This document shows, piece by piece, positions 8,259 to 18,704 of a stretch of DNA of 64,000 nt. A model generated the notes under the pieces. It was not told the origin of the DNA. It worked only from the letters and a program-made list of their open reading frames with translations, and did not search any database. The position numbers and the translations under genes were made by a program. How positions within the stretch are numbered: position 1 is the stretch's first letter; each line of letters opens with the position of its first letter. The stretch is from Candidatus Latescibacterota bacterium. Its GTDB lineage: Bacteria; Latescibacterota; UBA2968; UBA8231. The stretch is from assembly GCA_965204725.1 (NCBI GenBank), contig OZ242005.1, positions 1,984,001 to 2,048,000 on the forward strand, in the 5' to 3' direction.

Positions 8259-10559
8259 GTGATTGTTTTTAATAAATTTATGAGGGGAGGAATCATCGTC
8301 CTCGCCGGGCTGGGCACCACGCACATCCTCGTCCGCACTGCCACCTATGGCGCGGCCGTCAACGCCGACACCACCCTTCATCTTTCTACGGCCCTGAACT
8401 TCCTCGCCGGAGAGGGCTGGCAGGATTTCACCGGCTCCAAGGCAATCGAGTGGCCGCCCGGCTTCACCCTGCTGCTAGCGGCCTTCGATTGGATCGGCAT
8501 CGAGCCGCTGGCCGCGGGTCGGTGGGTCAACGCCATCGCCTTCGGGCTGACCATCCTCGCCGCAGGTCTCTGGCTGCACTCAAATCTCCGGTCACAGTGG
8601 CTGACGCTGGCGACCACCGCGATCCTCGCGGCCTCCCTGCCCCTGACCCATTTCGCATCCTACTGCATCACCGAGCCGCTCTTCGTCCTGTTCACGCTCC
8701 TCGCCTTGATCCAACTGGCATCCTTCCTCGACAGAAAGACAGCTTGGTCGCCCCTGCTGCTGGCGGCAGTTTTCACCGCATTGGCCGCACTGACCCGCTA
8801 TGTAGGCGTCGCCCTAATCGGCGCTGGCGTCCTCGTGCTGCTGCCCCTCGCTCGGCTGAGGCACACCTTCGTCTTTGGCGCGATCTCGTCTCTGCCCTTG
8901 CTGGCAGTATTGGCGTACAATTGGGCGGTCTCCCAGACCCTGACCGGGCCGAGACCCGGATCGGGACAGTCTTTGTCAGACTCGCTGAGCCAAGTAATGG
9001 AGGTGTTCCGCGCGTGGGTCGTTCCCCCCAACGCGCCGGCGGGGTTGGCGCCTCTGCTGTGGCTGGCGGTCGCCGTGGTCGGGCTGGCCGGCGCGGCCGT
9101 CGTCCTTCGTTCCGCTCGAAGGCGAAGCGACTTCCGTTTGAAGCCGGCACTCCCTTTCGGGATGTTCGCTGGGGGCTACCTCGTATTCATGATCGTCGTC
9201 GTGCCGCTCACGGTCGGGGAGGGGGTCAACAGCCGCTTCCTGCTGCCGGTGTATGTGCCGTTGCTGTTGACGGCGGTGTTGCTGCTGGATCGGTTCCTGT
9301 CCATCGAGGCTATGGGACAGATGGTGGCCGCCCGCTACGGTCTGACTGCCCTCGTCCTGCTAGCCACCCTCGCCCACGTCGGCTGGTCAGCGCACAGGAA
9401 CCTCACTATTACCGCCGAAGCGCGGGTCGCCGGGTTCGGGATGTACAACAACACCTATTGTGCAAGCTCCGATATCCTGAATTACATCCGGGACAACCGC
9501 ATCAATGGCCGGATGTACAGCAACAACTGCTACCTTACTTGGTTTTGGGACCAGACCGCGGCCCCGGGAAAGCACCAACTTCTCCCAGACGAGATTCACA
9601 GTTTGACGTCGACCATACTGCGGTGGACCAACAGCGGCAGCGCACACATCGCATGGTCCCGGAGTGAAAAGTCTTTTTACGACTTCGACGACCTCGACAT
9701 CCGGGTCCTGCCCGGAGTAGAACCCGTGGCCGAGTTGTACGACGGTGTTGTATTCCGCGTAACGGCCACCGAACCGTTCGATGCGGAAAGGCATCGCGCC
9801 CGAAAACAACGCTACGTAGATCAACTCATCGAGCAGGCTGGCGAGCCGGTAGTCCGCGCTGCTTGGGATGTGTACCGCACAAGACGCAAGCTGACCTACC
9901 TCAAAAACCCGTGTGCCTCCGCCGACACGCAGGCGGAGTTCATCTTGCAGGCCATCCCCGTCGATCCAGCCGACCTGCCCTCCCACCGCAGGCCGTATGG
10001 CTTTGACTCCCTCAGCTTCTATTTCCACATCCGCGGCGGCATCCAGCTCGACGACCAGTGCGTGGTGACCGCCTCTCTCCCCGACTACGACATCAGCCGT
10101 ATCCGAGTCGGCCAGTGGAGTACCGAAGAGAACCGCACCCTTTGGGAAACGACAGCCGAACCGTTCAATGCAGACAGGCATCGCGCCCAAAGACAACGCT
10201 ACGTAGATCAACTCATCGAACAGGCCAGCGAGCAGGTGGCCCGCGCCGGCTGGAGCGTGTACCGCAAGGGACGCAAGCTGATCTACCGCAAAGAGCCGTG
10301 TGCTCCCGCCGACACCCAAGCGAAGCTCGTTTTACACGTCACCCCTGTCGATCCGGCCGACCTGCCGGCTGACCGCGAGCGGCACGGCTTTGACAGCCTC
10401 GGCTTCTATTTTGACCAGCGCGGCTTCCGGCTCGACGACCAGTGCATCGCAATCGCCCAACTCCCCGACTACCCCATCGGCCGCATCCGGGTCGGCCAGT
10501 GGATTGCCGACGGGAACCGCACCGTCTGGGATGCGGAATTTCTGGAGATCGGCGGATAA
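8259..10559 (+). CDS. GT-C glycosyltransferase paralogue 1 (2 C-terminal modules; N-terminus replaced)
   Basis: RTATYG..D..LSTALNFLAGEGW..WPP, TEPLF, LTRY, RFLLP; start may be 8280. Confidence 0.75.
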   Translation: MIVFNKFMRGGIIVLAGLGTTHILVRTATYGAAVNADTTLHLSTALNFLAGEGWQDFTGSKAIEWPPGFTLLLAAFDWIGIEPLAAGRWVNAIAFGLTILAAGLWLHSNLRSQWLTLATTAILAASLPLTHFASYCITEPLFVLFTLLALIQLASFLDRKTAWSPLLLAAVFTALAALTRYVGVALIGAGVLVLLPLARLRHTFVFGAISSLPLLAVLAYNWAVSQTLTGPRPGSGQSLSDSLSQVMEVFRAWVVPPNAPAGLAPLLWLAVAVVGLAGAAVVLRSARRRSDFRLKPALPFGMFAGGYLVFMIVVVPLTVGEGVNSRFLLPVYVPLLLTAVLLLDRFLSIEAMGQMVAARYGLTALVLLATLAHVGWSAHRNLTITAEARVAGFGMYNNTYCASSDILNYIRDNRINGRMYSNNCYLTWFWDQTAAPGKHQLLPDEIHSLTSTILRWTNSGSAHIAWSRSEKSFYDFDDLDIRVLPGVEPVAELYDGVVFRVTATEPFDAERHRARKQRYVDQLIEQAGEPVVRAAWDVYRTRRKLTYLKNPCASADTQAEFILQAIPVDPADLPSHRRPYGFDSLSFYFHIRGGIQLDDQCVVTASLPDYDISRIRVGQWSTEENRTLWETTAEPFNADRHRAQRQRYVDQLIEQASEQVARAGWSVYRKGRKLIYRKEPCAPADTQAKLVLHVTPVDPADLPADRERHGFDSLGFYFDQRGFRLDDQCIAIAQLPDYPIGRIRVGQWIADGNRTVWDAEFLEIGG

Positions 10560-12941
10560 ATGCCAATGCCTGAGTTGAAAGACGCCGCCATCGAGAAGAT
10601 CGCCCGGTTCGGGCGCGCTCCCTTCGCGCTGCTCATCGTCGTTCTCGCTGGGCTGGGGACAGCGCACATCCTCGTCCGCACCGCTACCTACGGCGCCACG
10701 GTCATCACGGACTCCTTCCATTTCCTTTCTACGGCCCTGAACTTCCTCGCCGGAGAGGGCTGGCGGGATTTCACGGGCGAACCGATGACCTTATGGCCGC
10801 CTTTGTTTCCGCTGCTGCTGGCGGCCTTCGGTTGGGTCGGCGTCGATCCGCTGGAGGCGGGTCGGTGGGTCAACGCCGTGGCCTTTGGGCTGACCATCTT
10901 GGCCGCGGGGGGTTGGCTGTACTCGAACCTCCGGTCGCGGTGGCTGGCACTGGTCGCCACCGGGGTCCTAACGGTCTCCCTGCCCTTGAGTAACTGGGCA
11001 GCCCACTTCATGACCGATCCGCTCTTCGTCCTGTTTACACTCCTCGCCTTGATGCAGTTGGCGGCCTTCCTCAACCGCGGCGCAAGGACATCCCTGTGGT
11101 GGGCGGCGTTTTTCACCGCGCTGGCCGCGCTGACCCGCTATCCGGGCGTGGTCCTGATCGGCGTCGGCGTCCTGCTGCTGCTGGGGTGGCGCACCCGTTC
11201 GCTGGCCGCCCGGTTGAAAGACGCTGTCGTATTTGGGGCGGTCTCATCCATTCCCCTCGCGGGGGTGCTGACGCGCAACTGGGTCGTCTCTGGGACCCTG
11301 ACCGGGCCGAGAAGCGGGGCGGGGCAGTCCCTGTCCGATGGGCTGAGCCAAGTGGTGGATGGATTCCGGGGGTGGGTGATTCCCCCGAACACGCCGGACG
11401 GGTTGGGTTATCTCCTGTCGATAGCGGCCGGACTAGTCGTTCTAGCAGCGGGAGCGGTCGTCTTCTGTCGGGTCGCGGCGTACGGCAGGGGCGGCAAGTC
11501 GCCATCCTTCGGGTTGGGGCCGGTTCTCCCTTTCGGGGGGTTCGCCGCGATTTACCTCGTATTCATCGTCGTCACCGTGCCGCTCGTGGTCCCTTGGGGG
11601 ATGCTCGCCCGCTTTCTGCTGCCGATATACGTGCCGCTGCTGTTGACCGGGGTGTTTTTGCTGGACCGGCTCCTGTGCATTGAGGCGGCGGGATGGATGG
11701 CGGCCGGCCGCTGCGTTGTGGCGGCCCTCGTCTTGCTGGCCACCCTCGCCCACATCGGCTTCTCGGCGCGAGAAAACCTCCGTATTACCATCCAAGCTTA
11801 TGGTGGTGGATACTACTCTTACAACAACACCACCCATTGGCAACAGTCCCTAGATTATATCCGGAATCACCATATTGAGGGCAGGATTTACAGCAATCAC
11901 GCACTCCTTGCTTGGTTTGGGGATAGGACCGCCGCCCTGGGAAAGTACCAGCAGATCCGTGCCGGGTTGCCCGTTTTGGCGAGGGACATGATGCAGTGGA
12001 CCAAAGACGGCATCGGTGCCCATATCGTTTGGTTCCGGTCGTTCGGTGATCAAGGTTTTTACGGCTACGACCTCATGGATATCCGTCTGCTGCCCGGGGT
12101 GGAATCCGTGGCCGAGTTGGCCGACGGCGTGGTATTCCGCGTAACGGCCGCCGAACCCTTCGATGAGGCCAAGCATCGCGCCCGAAAACAACGCTACGTG
12201 CAGCAACTCATCGAACGGGCTGGTGAGTTGGTGGTCCGCGCCGATTGGGACGTGTACCGCACAGGACGCAAGCTGACATACCTCAAAAACCCGTGTGCCT
12301 CCGCCGACACGCAGGCGGAGTTCATCTTGCACGCCACCCCCGTCGATCCAGCCGACCTGCCCTCCCACCGCAGGCCGTACGGCTTTGACTCCCTCAGCTT
12401 CTATTTCAACGTCCGCGGCGGCATCCGGCTCGACGACCAGTGCGTGGTGAGTACCCAACTCCCCGACTACGACATCAGCCGCATCCGAGTCAGCCAGTGG
12501 AGTACCGAAGAGAACCGCACCCTCTGGGAAACGACGGCCGAACCGTTCAATACAGAAAGGCATCGCGCCCAAAGACAACGCTACGTAGATCAACTCATCG
12601 CACAGGCCGACGAGCAAGTGGCCCGCGCTGGCTGGAACGTGTACCGCAAGGGACGCAAGCTCATCTACCGCAAAGAGCCGTGTGCCCCCGCCGACGTGCA
12701 GGCAAAGTTCGTCTTGCACGTCACCCCCACCGACCCAAATGACCTGCTGGCCGACCGCAAGTGGCGCGGCTTTGACAGCCTCGGCTTCTATTTTGACCAG
12801 CGCGGCTTCCGGCTCGACGACCAGTGCATCGCAATCGCCCAACTCCCCGACTACCCCATCGGCCGCATCCGGGTCGGCCAGTGGATTGCCGACGGGAACC
12901 GCACCGTCTGGGAAGCGGAGTTTCTGGAGATCGGCGAATGA
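10560..12941 (+). CDS. GT-C glycosyltransferase paralogue 2 (2 modules)
   Basis: Same motifs; TAA-ATG abuts the upstream gene. Confidence 0.8.
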   Translation: MPMPELKDAAIEKIARFGRAPFALLIVVLAGLGTAHILVRTATYGATVITDSFHFLSTALNFLAGEGWRDFTGEPMTLWPPLFPLLLAAFGWVGVDPLEAGRWVNAVAFGLTILAAGGWLYSNLRSRWLALVATGVLTVSLPLSNWAAHFMTDPLFVLFTLLALMQLAAFLNRGARTSLWWAAFFTALAALTRYPGVVLIGVGVLLLLGWRTRSLAARLKDAVVFGAVSSIPLAGVLTRNWVVSGTLTGPRSGAGQSLSDGLSQVVDGFRGWVIPPNTPDGLGYLLSIAAGLVVLAAGAVVFCRVAAYGRGGKSPSFGLGPVLPFGGFAAIYLVFIVVTVPLVVPWGMLARFLLPIYVPLLLTGVFLLDRLLCIEAAGWMAAGRCVVAALVLLATLAHIGFSARENLRITIQAYGGGYYSYNNTTHWQQSLDYIRNHHIEGRIYSNHALLAWFGDRTAALGKYQQIRAGLPVLARDMMQWTKDGIGAHIVWFRSFGDQGFYGYDLMDIRLLPGVESVAELADGVVFRVTAAEPFDEAKHRARKQRYVQQLIERAGELVVRADWDVYRTGRKLTYLKNPCASADTQAEFILHATPVDPADLPSHRRPYGFDSLSFYFNVRGGIRLDDQCVVSTQLPDYDISRIRVSQWSTEENRTLWETTAEPFNTERHRAQRQRYVDQLIAQADEQVARAGWNVYRKGRKLIYRKEPCAPADVQAKFVLHVTPTDPNDLLADRKWRGFDSLGFYFDQRGFRLDDQCIAIAQLPDYPIGRIRVGQWIADGNRTVWEAEFLEIGE

Positions 12942-15362
12942 ATGCCAATGCCTGAGTTGAAAGACGCCGCCATCGCGTGGCTCGCCCCGTGCTGGCGCAC
13001 CCGCTTCCCCCTGCTCATCGTCTGTATCGCCGGGCTGGGCACCGCGCACATCCTCGTCCGCACTGCTACCTACGGCGCGGCGATCGGCGAGGACGCTACA
13101 ATTTTCCTTTCTACGGCCTTGAACTTCCTCGCGGGAGAAGGCTGGCTGGATCTCGTGGGCAGACCGCTGGTGGGGTGGCCGCCCTTGTTCCCCCTGCTGC
13201 TGGCAGCCTTCGGTTGGGTCGGCATCGAGCCGCTGGAAGCGGGTCGCTGGATCAACGCCACCGCCTTTGGGCTGACCATCCTAGCCGCAGGTCTCTGGCT
13301 GCACTCAAATCTCCGGTCGCGGCTGCTGACGCTGGTCGCCACCGCAATCATCGCGACCTCCCTGCCCTTGAGCCATCTGGCGTCAAGCTTCTTGACCGAG
13401 CCGCTCTTCGTCCTGTTCACGCTCCTCGCCTTGATCCAGTTGGGGACTTTCCTCAATTGCGGCGGGAGGACGCCCCTACTGCTAGCCGCGGTTTTCACCG
13501 CCTTGGCCGCACTGACCCGCTATCAGGGGCCCGCCCTGATAGCGGGCGGCGTCCTGTTGCTGCTGCTCTGCGCCCGGCTGAAGCATACCCTCGTCTTTGT
13601 CGCGATCTCGTCTGTGCCCTTGCTGGCGGTATTGGTGCGCAATTGGGCCGTCTCCGGGACCCTGACCGGGCCGAGATCCGGCGTGGGACAGTCCCTATTC
13701 GATGGACTAAGCCAGACCGTCGATGTGTTCCGCACGTGGGTCGTCCCCTCCAACGCGCCGGGCTGGTTCGGTTATCTCCTGTGGCTGGCTTTCGGAGTTG
13801 TCGTCCTCGCCAGCGCGGCGGTCGTCCTGCGCACCAGCAGAGCACCCACAAGGGACGCTGCCGACTCCCCATCGTATTTCCGTTTGAGGCCGGCTCTCCC
13901 TTTCGGGGTGTTCGCCGGAGTCTATCTGTCATTGATGGCCGTCGTGCCCTTATTCGTGTTGCAGGCGGGCATCGAAAGCCGCTACCTGCTGCCGGTGTAT
14001 GTGCCGCTGCTGTTGGCGGCGATGTTGCTGCTGGATCGGTTCCTGTCCATCAAGGCTACGGGCCGGATGGCCGCGACCCAGTACGGGGTGGCGTCCCTCG
14101 TCTTGCTGGGAGCCTGCGCCCACGTCGGCAGCTCGGCGCACAGGAACCTCACTATTACCGCCGAAGCGTGGGTCGCCGGGTTCGGGATCTACAACAACGA
14201 CTATTGTGCAACCTCCGAGATACTGAATTACCTCCGGGACACCCCCATCGATGGCCGGATATACAGCAACAACTGCTTCCTTGCTTGGTTTTGGGATCGG
14301 ACCGCGGCCCCGGGAAAGTACCATTATATCCCAGACCAGATTCACAGTTTGACGTCGGTCATACACAGCGACAGCGACAGCGCGCATATCGTATGGTCCC
14401 GGAGTGAAAAGTCTTTTTACGACTTCGACGATCTCGACATCCGGGTCCTGCCCGGCGTGGAACCCGTGGCCGAACTGGCCGATGGCGTGGTATTCCGCGT
14501 AACGGCCGCCGAGCCGTTCGATGCAAAAAGGCATCGCGCCCGCAAACAACGCTATGTGCAGCAACTCATCGAACAGGCCGGCGAGTTGGTGATCCACGCC
14601 GACTCGACGTGGCCGGTCAGCACTTGGGGCGTAGAACGGACCGACGAGCAGGTCGCCCGCGCCGGCTGGGACATGTACCGCAACGGACGCAAGCTGACCT
14701 ACCACAAAAAGCCGTGTGCCCCCGACGATGTGGAGGCGAATTTCGTCTTGCAAGTCAGCCCGGACGAACCGGCCTACCTGTCAGCCGACCGCAGGCAGTA
14801 CGGCTTTGACCACCTCGACTTCAATTTTCGCATCCACGGCGGCGTCCGGCTCGACGAGCAGTGTGTGGTGACCGCCCAACTTCCCGACTACCCCATCAGC
14901 CACCTCTATATCGGCCGGTGGATGGCCGGCAACGACCGCATGCTCTGGGAAGTGAAGGCCGAATCGTTCAAGTCGGAAAGGCACCCCGCCCAGAGACAAC
15001 GCGACGCGGAGCAACTCATCGCACAGGCCGGCGAGCCGGTGGTTCGCGCCGACTGGAGCGTGTACCGCACCGGACGCAAGCTGACCTACCGCAAACAGCC
15101 CTGCGGCCCCGACGACGTGCAGGCGAAGTTCATTTTGCACGTCACCCCCGCCGACCCCAACGACCTGCCGACCAACCGCCAGCGGCACGGCTTTGAAAGC
15201 TTCAGCTTCTATTTTGACCAGCGCGGCTTCCAACTCGACGACCAGTGCATCGCAATCGCCCAACTCCCCGACTCCCCCATCGGCCGCATCCGAGTTGGCC
15301 AGTGGATTTCCAAAGGGAACCGCACCGTCTGGGAAGCGGAGTTTCTGGAGATCGGCGAATGA
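12942..15362 (+). CDS. GT-C glycosyltransferase paralogue 3 (2 modules)
   Basis: Same motifs; TGA-ATG abutment. Confidence 0.8.
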   Translation: MPMPELKDAAIAWLAPCWRTRFPLLIVCIAGLGTAHILVRTATYGAAIGEDATIFLSTALNFLAGEGWLDLVGRPLVGWPPLFPLLLAAFGWVGIEPLEAGRWINATAFGLTILAAGLWLHSNLRSRLLTLVATAIIATSLPLSHLASSFLTEPLFVLFTLLALIQLGTFLNCGGRTPLLLAAVFTALAALTRYQGPALIAGGVLLLLLCARLKHTLVFVAISSVPLLAVLVRNWAVSGTLTGPRSGVGQSLFDGLSQTVDVFRTWVVPSNAPGWFGYLLWLAFGVVVLASAAVVLRTSRAPTRDAADSPSYFRLRPALPFGVFAGVYLSLMAVVPLFVLQAGIESRYLLPVYVPLLLAAMLLLDRFLSIKATGRMAATQYGVASLVLLGACAHVGSSAHRNLTITAEAWVAGFGIYNNDYCATSEILNYLRDTPIDGRIYSNNCFLAWFWDRTAAPGKYHYIPDQIHSLTSVIHSDSDSAHIVWSRSEKSFYDFDDLDIRVLPGVEPVAELADGVVFRVTAAEPFDAKRHRARKQRYVQQLIEQAGELVIHADSTWPVSTWGVERTDEQVARAGWDMYRNGRKLTYHKKPCAPDDVEANFVLQVSPDEPAYLSADRRQYGFDHLDFNFRIHGGVRLDEQCVVTAQLPDYPISHLYIGRWMAGNDRMLWEVKAESFKSERHPAQRQRDAEQLIAQAGEPVVRADWSVYRTGRKLTYRKQPCGPDDVQAKFILHVTPADPNDLPTNRQRHGFESFSFYFDQRGFQLDDQCIAIAQLPDSPIGRIRVGQWISKGNRTVWEAEFLEIGE

Positions 15363-17450
15363 ATGCCAATGCCTAAGTTGACGCGCTCCGCATTCGGGCG
15401 CGACCGCACCACCCGGCTCATCGTCGTCCTCGCCGGGCTGGGCACCGTCCACATCCTCGTCCGCACCGCCACCTACGGCGCCGCGGTCGGCACAGACTCC
15501 ACAACTTTCCTGTCCGTGGCCATGAACTTCCTCGCGGGAGAGGGCTGGCAGTCCTTCGGCGGCAACCCGCTGGTGGGGTGGCCGCCGCTCTTTCCCCTGC
15601 TGCTGGCGGCCGGCGGTTGGATCGGCGTCGAGCCGCTGGAGGCGGGTCGGTGGATCAACGCCATCGCCTTTGGGCTGATCATCCTCGTCGCCGGGTGCTG
15701 GCTGCGCTCGCATCTCCGGTCGCAGTGGCTGGTGCTGGCCGCCACCGTGGTCCTAATGGTCTCCCTGCCCTTGAGCCATTTCGCGTCCAGCTTCCTGACC
15801 GAGCCCCTCTTCTTCCTATTTACGCTCCTCGCCTTAATCAAGTTGGCGGCCTTCCTCCAGCACGGCGGGCGGACGCCCCTGCTGCTCAGTGCGATTTTCA
15901 CCGCGCTGGGCGCGCTGACCCGCTATGCGGGCGTGGTGCAGATCGGCGCGGGCGTCCTCATCCTGCTGCCCCTCGCCCGGCTGCGGCATACCCTCGTCTT
16001 TGGCGCGGTCTCGTCCCTGCCCTTGCTGGCGGTATTGGCGCACAACTGGGCCGTCGCCGGGACCCTGACCGGAAAGAGAAAAGGCTCAGGGCAGCCCCTA
16101 TCCGAGGGATTGAGCCAGACCGTCAATATATTCCGGGAATGGGCGGTTCCCCCCAACGTGCCAGACGGACTGGCCGATTATCTCCTGTGGATAACGACCG
16201 GGCTGGGCGCACCAGACTGGTTCGGTTCTTTTCTGTGGGTGGCGACCGGGTTGGTTGTTGTGGCGACCGGGGCGGTGGTCGTTGGGTCCGGTCGCGGCTT
16301 AGGCATGGGTGAGCATCGGACCGCGCCGGCGTATTCGTATTCCAGTCTAGGGCCGGCTCTGCTTTTCGGGGTGTTCGCCTTGATTTACATCATAGTTCTA
16401 GTCGTCGTCTTGCCATTCGTGATCCCGGTGGGAATCTACAGCCGCTACCTGCTGCCGGTGTACGCGCCGTTGCTGTTGGTCGCAACGTTCTTGTTGGACC
16501 GGTTCCTGTGCATCAAGGTTGCGGGCTGGGTAGCCGTGGCCAAGTGGTCTCTGGCGTCCTTCATCCTGCTGGGCGCTCTCGCCCACATCGGCCTCTCAGC
16601 ACACAGAAACCTCGGTCTTACCGCCCAAGCACGGGCCGCCGGGTACGAACAAGACTGGACGTACAACGTCGCCGAGTGGCAACATTCCGCGACCCTGAAT
16701 TACGTCAGGACCAACCTCCGCGATGGCAGGACGTACAGCAACAACCCGTTCCTTGTCTGGTTTGCCGATCGGACCGCGGCCATTAAAAAACATTGGGCAC
16801 TTCCCAGTGAGCTACGCGATTGGACGCAGTATGCGAGATGGTGGACCGAACGGGGCGAAGACCAAGCATATATCGTCTGGATCAAAGACGACTATCGATC
16901 CATTTATTACGACTACAACGACCTCGACCTCCGCTTTTTGCCCGGCGTCAAGGTGGTGACCGAGGCGTCCGATGGCGTGGTATTCCGCGTAACGGTCGCA
17001 GCCGCGGCCGAACCGTTCGATGAGGCCAAGCATCGCGCCCAGAAAGAACGCTACCAAGAACGCTATGTGCAGCAACTCGTCGAACAAGCGGGCGAGCGAG
17101 TGGCTCGCTCCGGCTGGGACGTGTACCTCAATGGGCGCAAGCTGACCTATTTCAAAAAGCCGTGCGCCCCTGCGGACGTGCAGGCGAAGTTCGTTTTGCA
17201 CGTCGTTCCGGCCGACCCAGCCGACCTTTCTATCTCCCGCCAGCGGCACGGCTTTGACAACCTCGGCTTCCATTTCGACCGGCGCGGTTTCCGGCTCGAC
17301 GACCAGAGTATAACGACCGTCCGGGCCGGCGATCAGTGCATCGCTATCGTCCAACTCCCCGCCTACGCCATCGGCCGCATCCAGACCGGCCAATGGATTT
17401 CCGCAGACAACCGCACCCTCTGGGAAGCGAAGTTTTCCCCGAGCCGGTGA
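15363..17450 (+). CDS. GT-C glycosyltransferase paralogue 4 (1 module)
   Basis: Same motifs; TGA-ATG abutment. Confidence 0.8.
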   Translation: MPMPKLTRSAFGRDRTTRLIVVLAGLGTVHILVRTATYGAAVGTDSTTFLSVAMNFLAGEGWQSFGGNPLVGWPPLFPLLLAAGGWIGVEPLEAGRWINAIAFGLIILVAGCWLRSHLRSQWLVLAATVVLMVSLPLSHFASSFLTEPLFFLFTLLALIKLAAFLQHGGRTPLLLSAIFTALGALTRYAGVVQIGAGVLILLPLARLRHTLVFGAVSSLPLLAVLAHNWAVAGTLTGKRKGSGQPLSEGLSQTVNIFREWAVPPNVPDGLADYLLWITTGLGAPDWFGSFLWVATGLVVVATGAVVVGSGRGLGMGEHRTAPAYSYSSLGPALLFGVFALIYIIVLVVVLPFVIPVGIYSRYLLPVYAPLLLVATFLLDRFLCIKVAGWVAVAKWSLASFILLGALAHIGLSAHRNLGLTAQARAAGYEQDWTYNVAEWQHSATLNYVRTNLRDGRTYSNNPFLVWFADRTAAIKKHWALPSELRDWTQYARWWTERGEDQAYIVWIKDDYRSIYYDYNDLDLRFLPGVKVVTEASDGVVFRVTVAAAAEPFDEAKHRAQKERYQERYVQQLVEQAGERVARSGWDVYLNGRKLTYFKKPCAPADVQAKFVLHVVPADPADLSISRQRHGFDNLGFHFDRRGFRLDDQSITTVRAGDQCIAIVQLPAYAIGRIQTGQWISADNRTLWEAKFSPSR

Positions 17451-17478
17451 TGCAGGGCACCCGATATTACGCGATGCC

Positions 17479-18450
17479 CTACTCGGCTCGGTCTAACAGG
17501 AGCCTAAAGGCTTCGAGGCTGGGCACCTGTATGGCCGCCCGATGCAACTGCTTGAGACGCGGCACATCGTCGGTGGCCTCAATGCGGGCGGCCAACGGAT
17601 CCGACGCAGCTAGCCCAAAGCGAACCTCGAGCACCTCGAGCAGAGCTTCAATGGTGCGTTCTCGGCCGCCTTGCTCAATGCCCTGCTCAATGCCCTGCTC
17701 GATGCCCTGCTCAATGCCCTGCTCAATGCCCTGCTCGATGCCCTGCTCGATGCCCTGCTTAATGCCCTGCTTAATCCCCTTTTCCGTGAAATACTGCGCT
17801 ACCGACGACTCGTACATGGTCTCCTCCTCGATGATGGTCATGATCGTCTCTAAGTTATACACCAGCCCGCTCAACATCGCAAGATCGGCCAGATAATTGG
17901 CTTTGACGCCCTCGTCCATCGGCACCTGTTGCGCCCGGTTGACACACTGGCGCAACCACCCCTCGGCATCTACTCCCACCGGCGGCTGCATCAGCGGCGC
18001 GAACGGCAGCAAGCCGGAAGGTCCCGCGGCGAGGATGCGTTGGCCGTCTATCTCAATCAGCCGAATGACCTTGTATTGCACTAAGACGCGGTAGCCGGAA
18101 CGCTCTTGGACGTAGTAGCCCGGATCATTTCGGCCAGCGTCTGGGCGCAAATAGATTACGTTGGAATAGATGGGTCGGTTGTGCTGTTCAATGCCGCGTC
18201 CGATATAGCCGATCATGCGGCGCGGCATGGGCGGTTTGCTGTCGGTGGTTTGGAACTCGTGGTGGACCAGCACCTCCTCGCCGCCGACGTGGACGCGAAT
18301 GAGGCTATCGGTGCGGTGGGTTTCGGCGGTGGGCTGCTCGGTATCGACGACGCCGAGGACTTGGACGTCGTCTTGTTGGAGGGCGAAGCGGGCGAAGTCG
18401 GCGGGGTAGGTGTGGATGAGGTGTTTGGCGATGGAATCGAATTCGGCCAT
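17479..18450 (-). CDS. Rpn-family (YhgA-like, PD-(D/E)XK) recombination-promoting nuclease, copy 1
   Basis: MAEFDSIAK, RTD, HHEFQT, MPRRMIGY, LLPFAPLM; 9x GI(K/E)Q repeat; helical C-terminus. Confidence 0.8.
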   Translation of the reverse strand: MAEFDSIAKHLIHTYPADFARFALQQDDVQVLGVVDTEQPTAETHRTDSLIRVHVGGEEVLVHHEFQTTDSKPPMPRRMIGYIGRGIEQHNRPIYSNVIYLRPDAGRNDPGYYVQERSGYRVLVQYKVIRLIEIDGQRILAAGPSGLLPFAPLMQPPVGVDAEGWLRQCVNRAQQVPMDEGVKANYLADLAMLSGLVYNLETIMTIIEEETMYESSVAQYFTEKGIKQGIKQGIEQGIEQGIEQGIEQGIEQGIEQGIEQGGRERTIEALLEVLEVRFGLAASDPLAARIEATDDVPRLKQLHRAAIQVPSLEAFRLLLDRAE

Positions 18451-18497
18451 GGGTCTTGCCTTGGGTTGCGGGTGGGATGGGGTGGTATTCGCAATAG

Positions 18498-18512
18498 GCA
18501 AGAATCGTGCCA
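18498..18512 (-). promoter_or_regulatory. sigma54 promoter of rpn copy 1
   Basis: TGGCAC-GATTC-TTGC on the minus strand, matching the consensus TGGCAC-N5-TTGC. Confidence 0.75.
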
Positions 18513-18704
18513 CGGCGGCGGCTCATAGGGGCGGGCTGGGGATCGGCGGCGTGGGTGTGTAGCGAAAAGGGGACAGGCGTGGGACGTTGGGGGAAAAGTT
18601 TGACTGACTTGCCCACTCGCGTGGGGCAAGATAAAAACAAGGCCCTAGAGGGATTTACCAAAAAATACCGCGTACATACATTTGGTTTATGTTGAACAAT
18701 ATGA

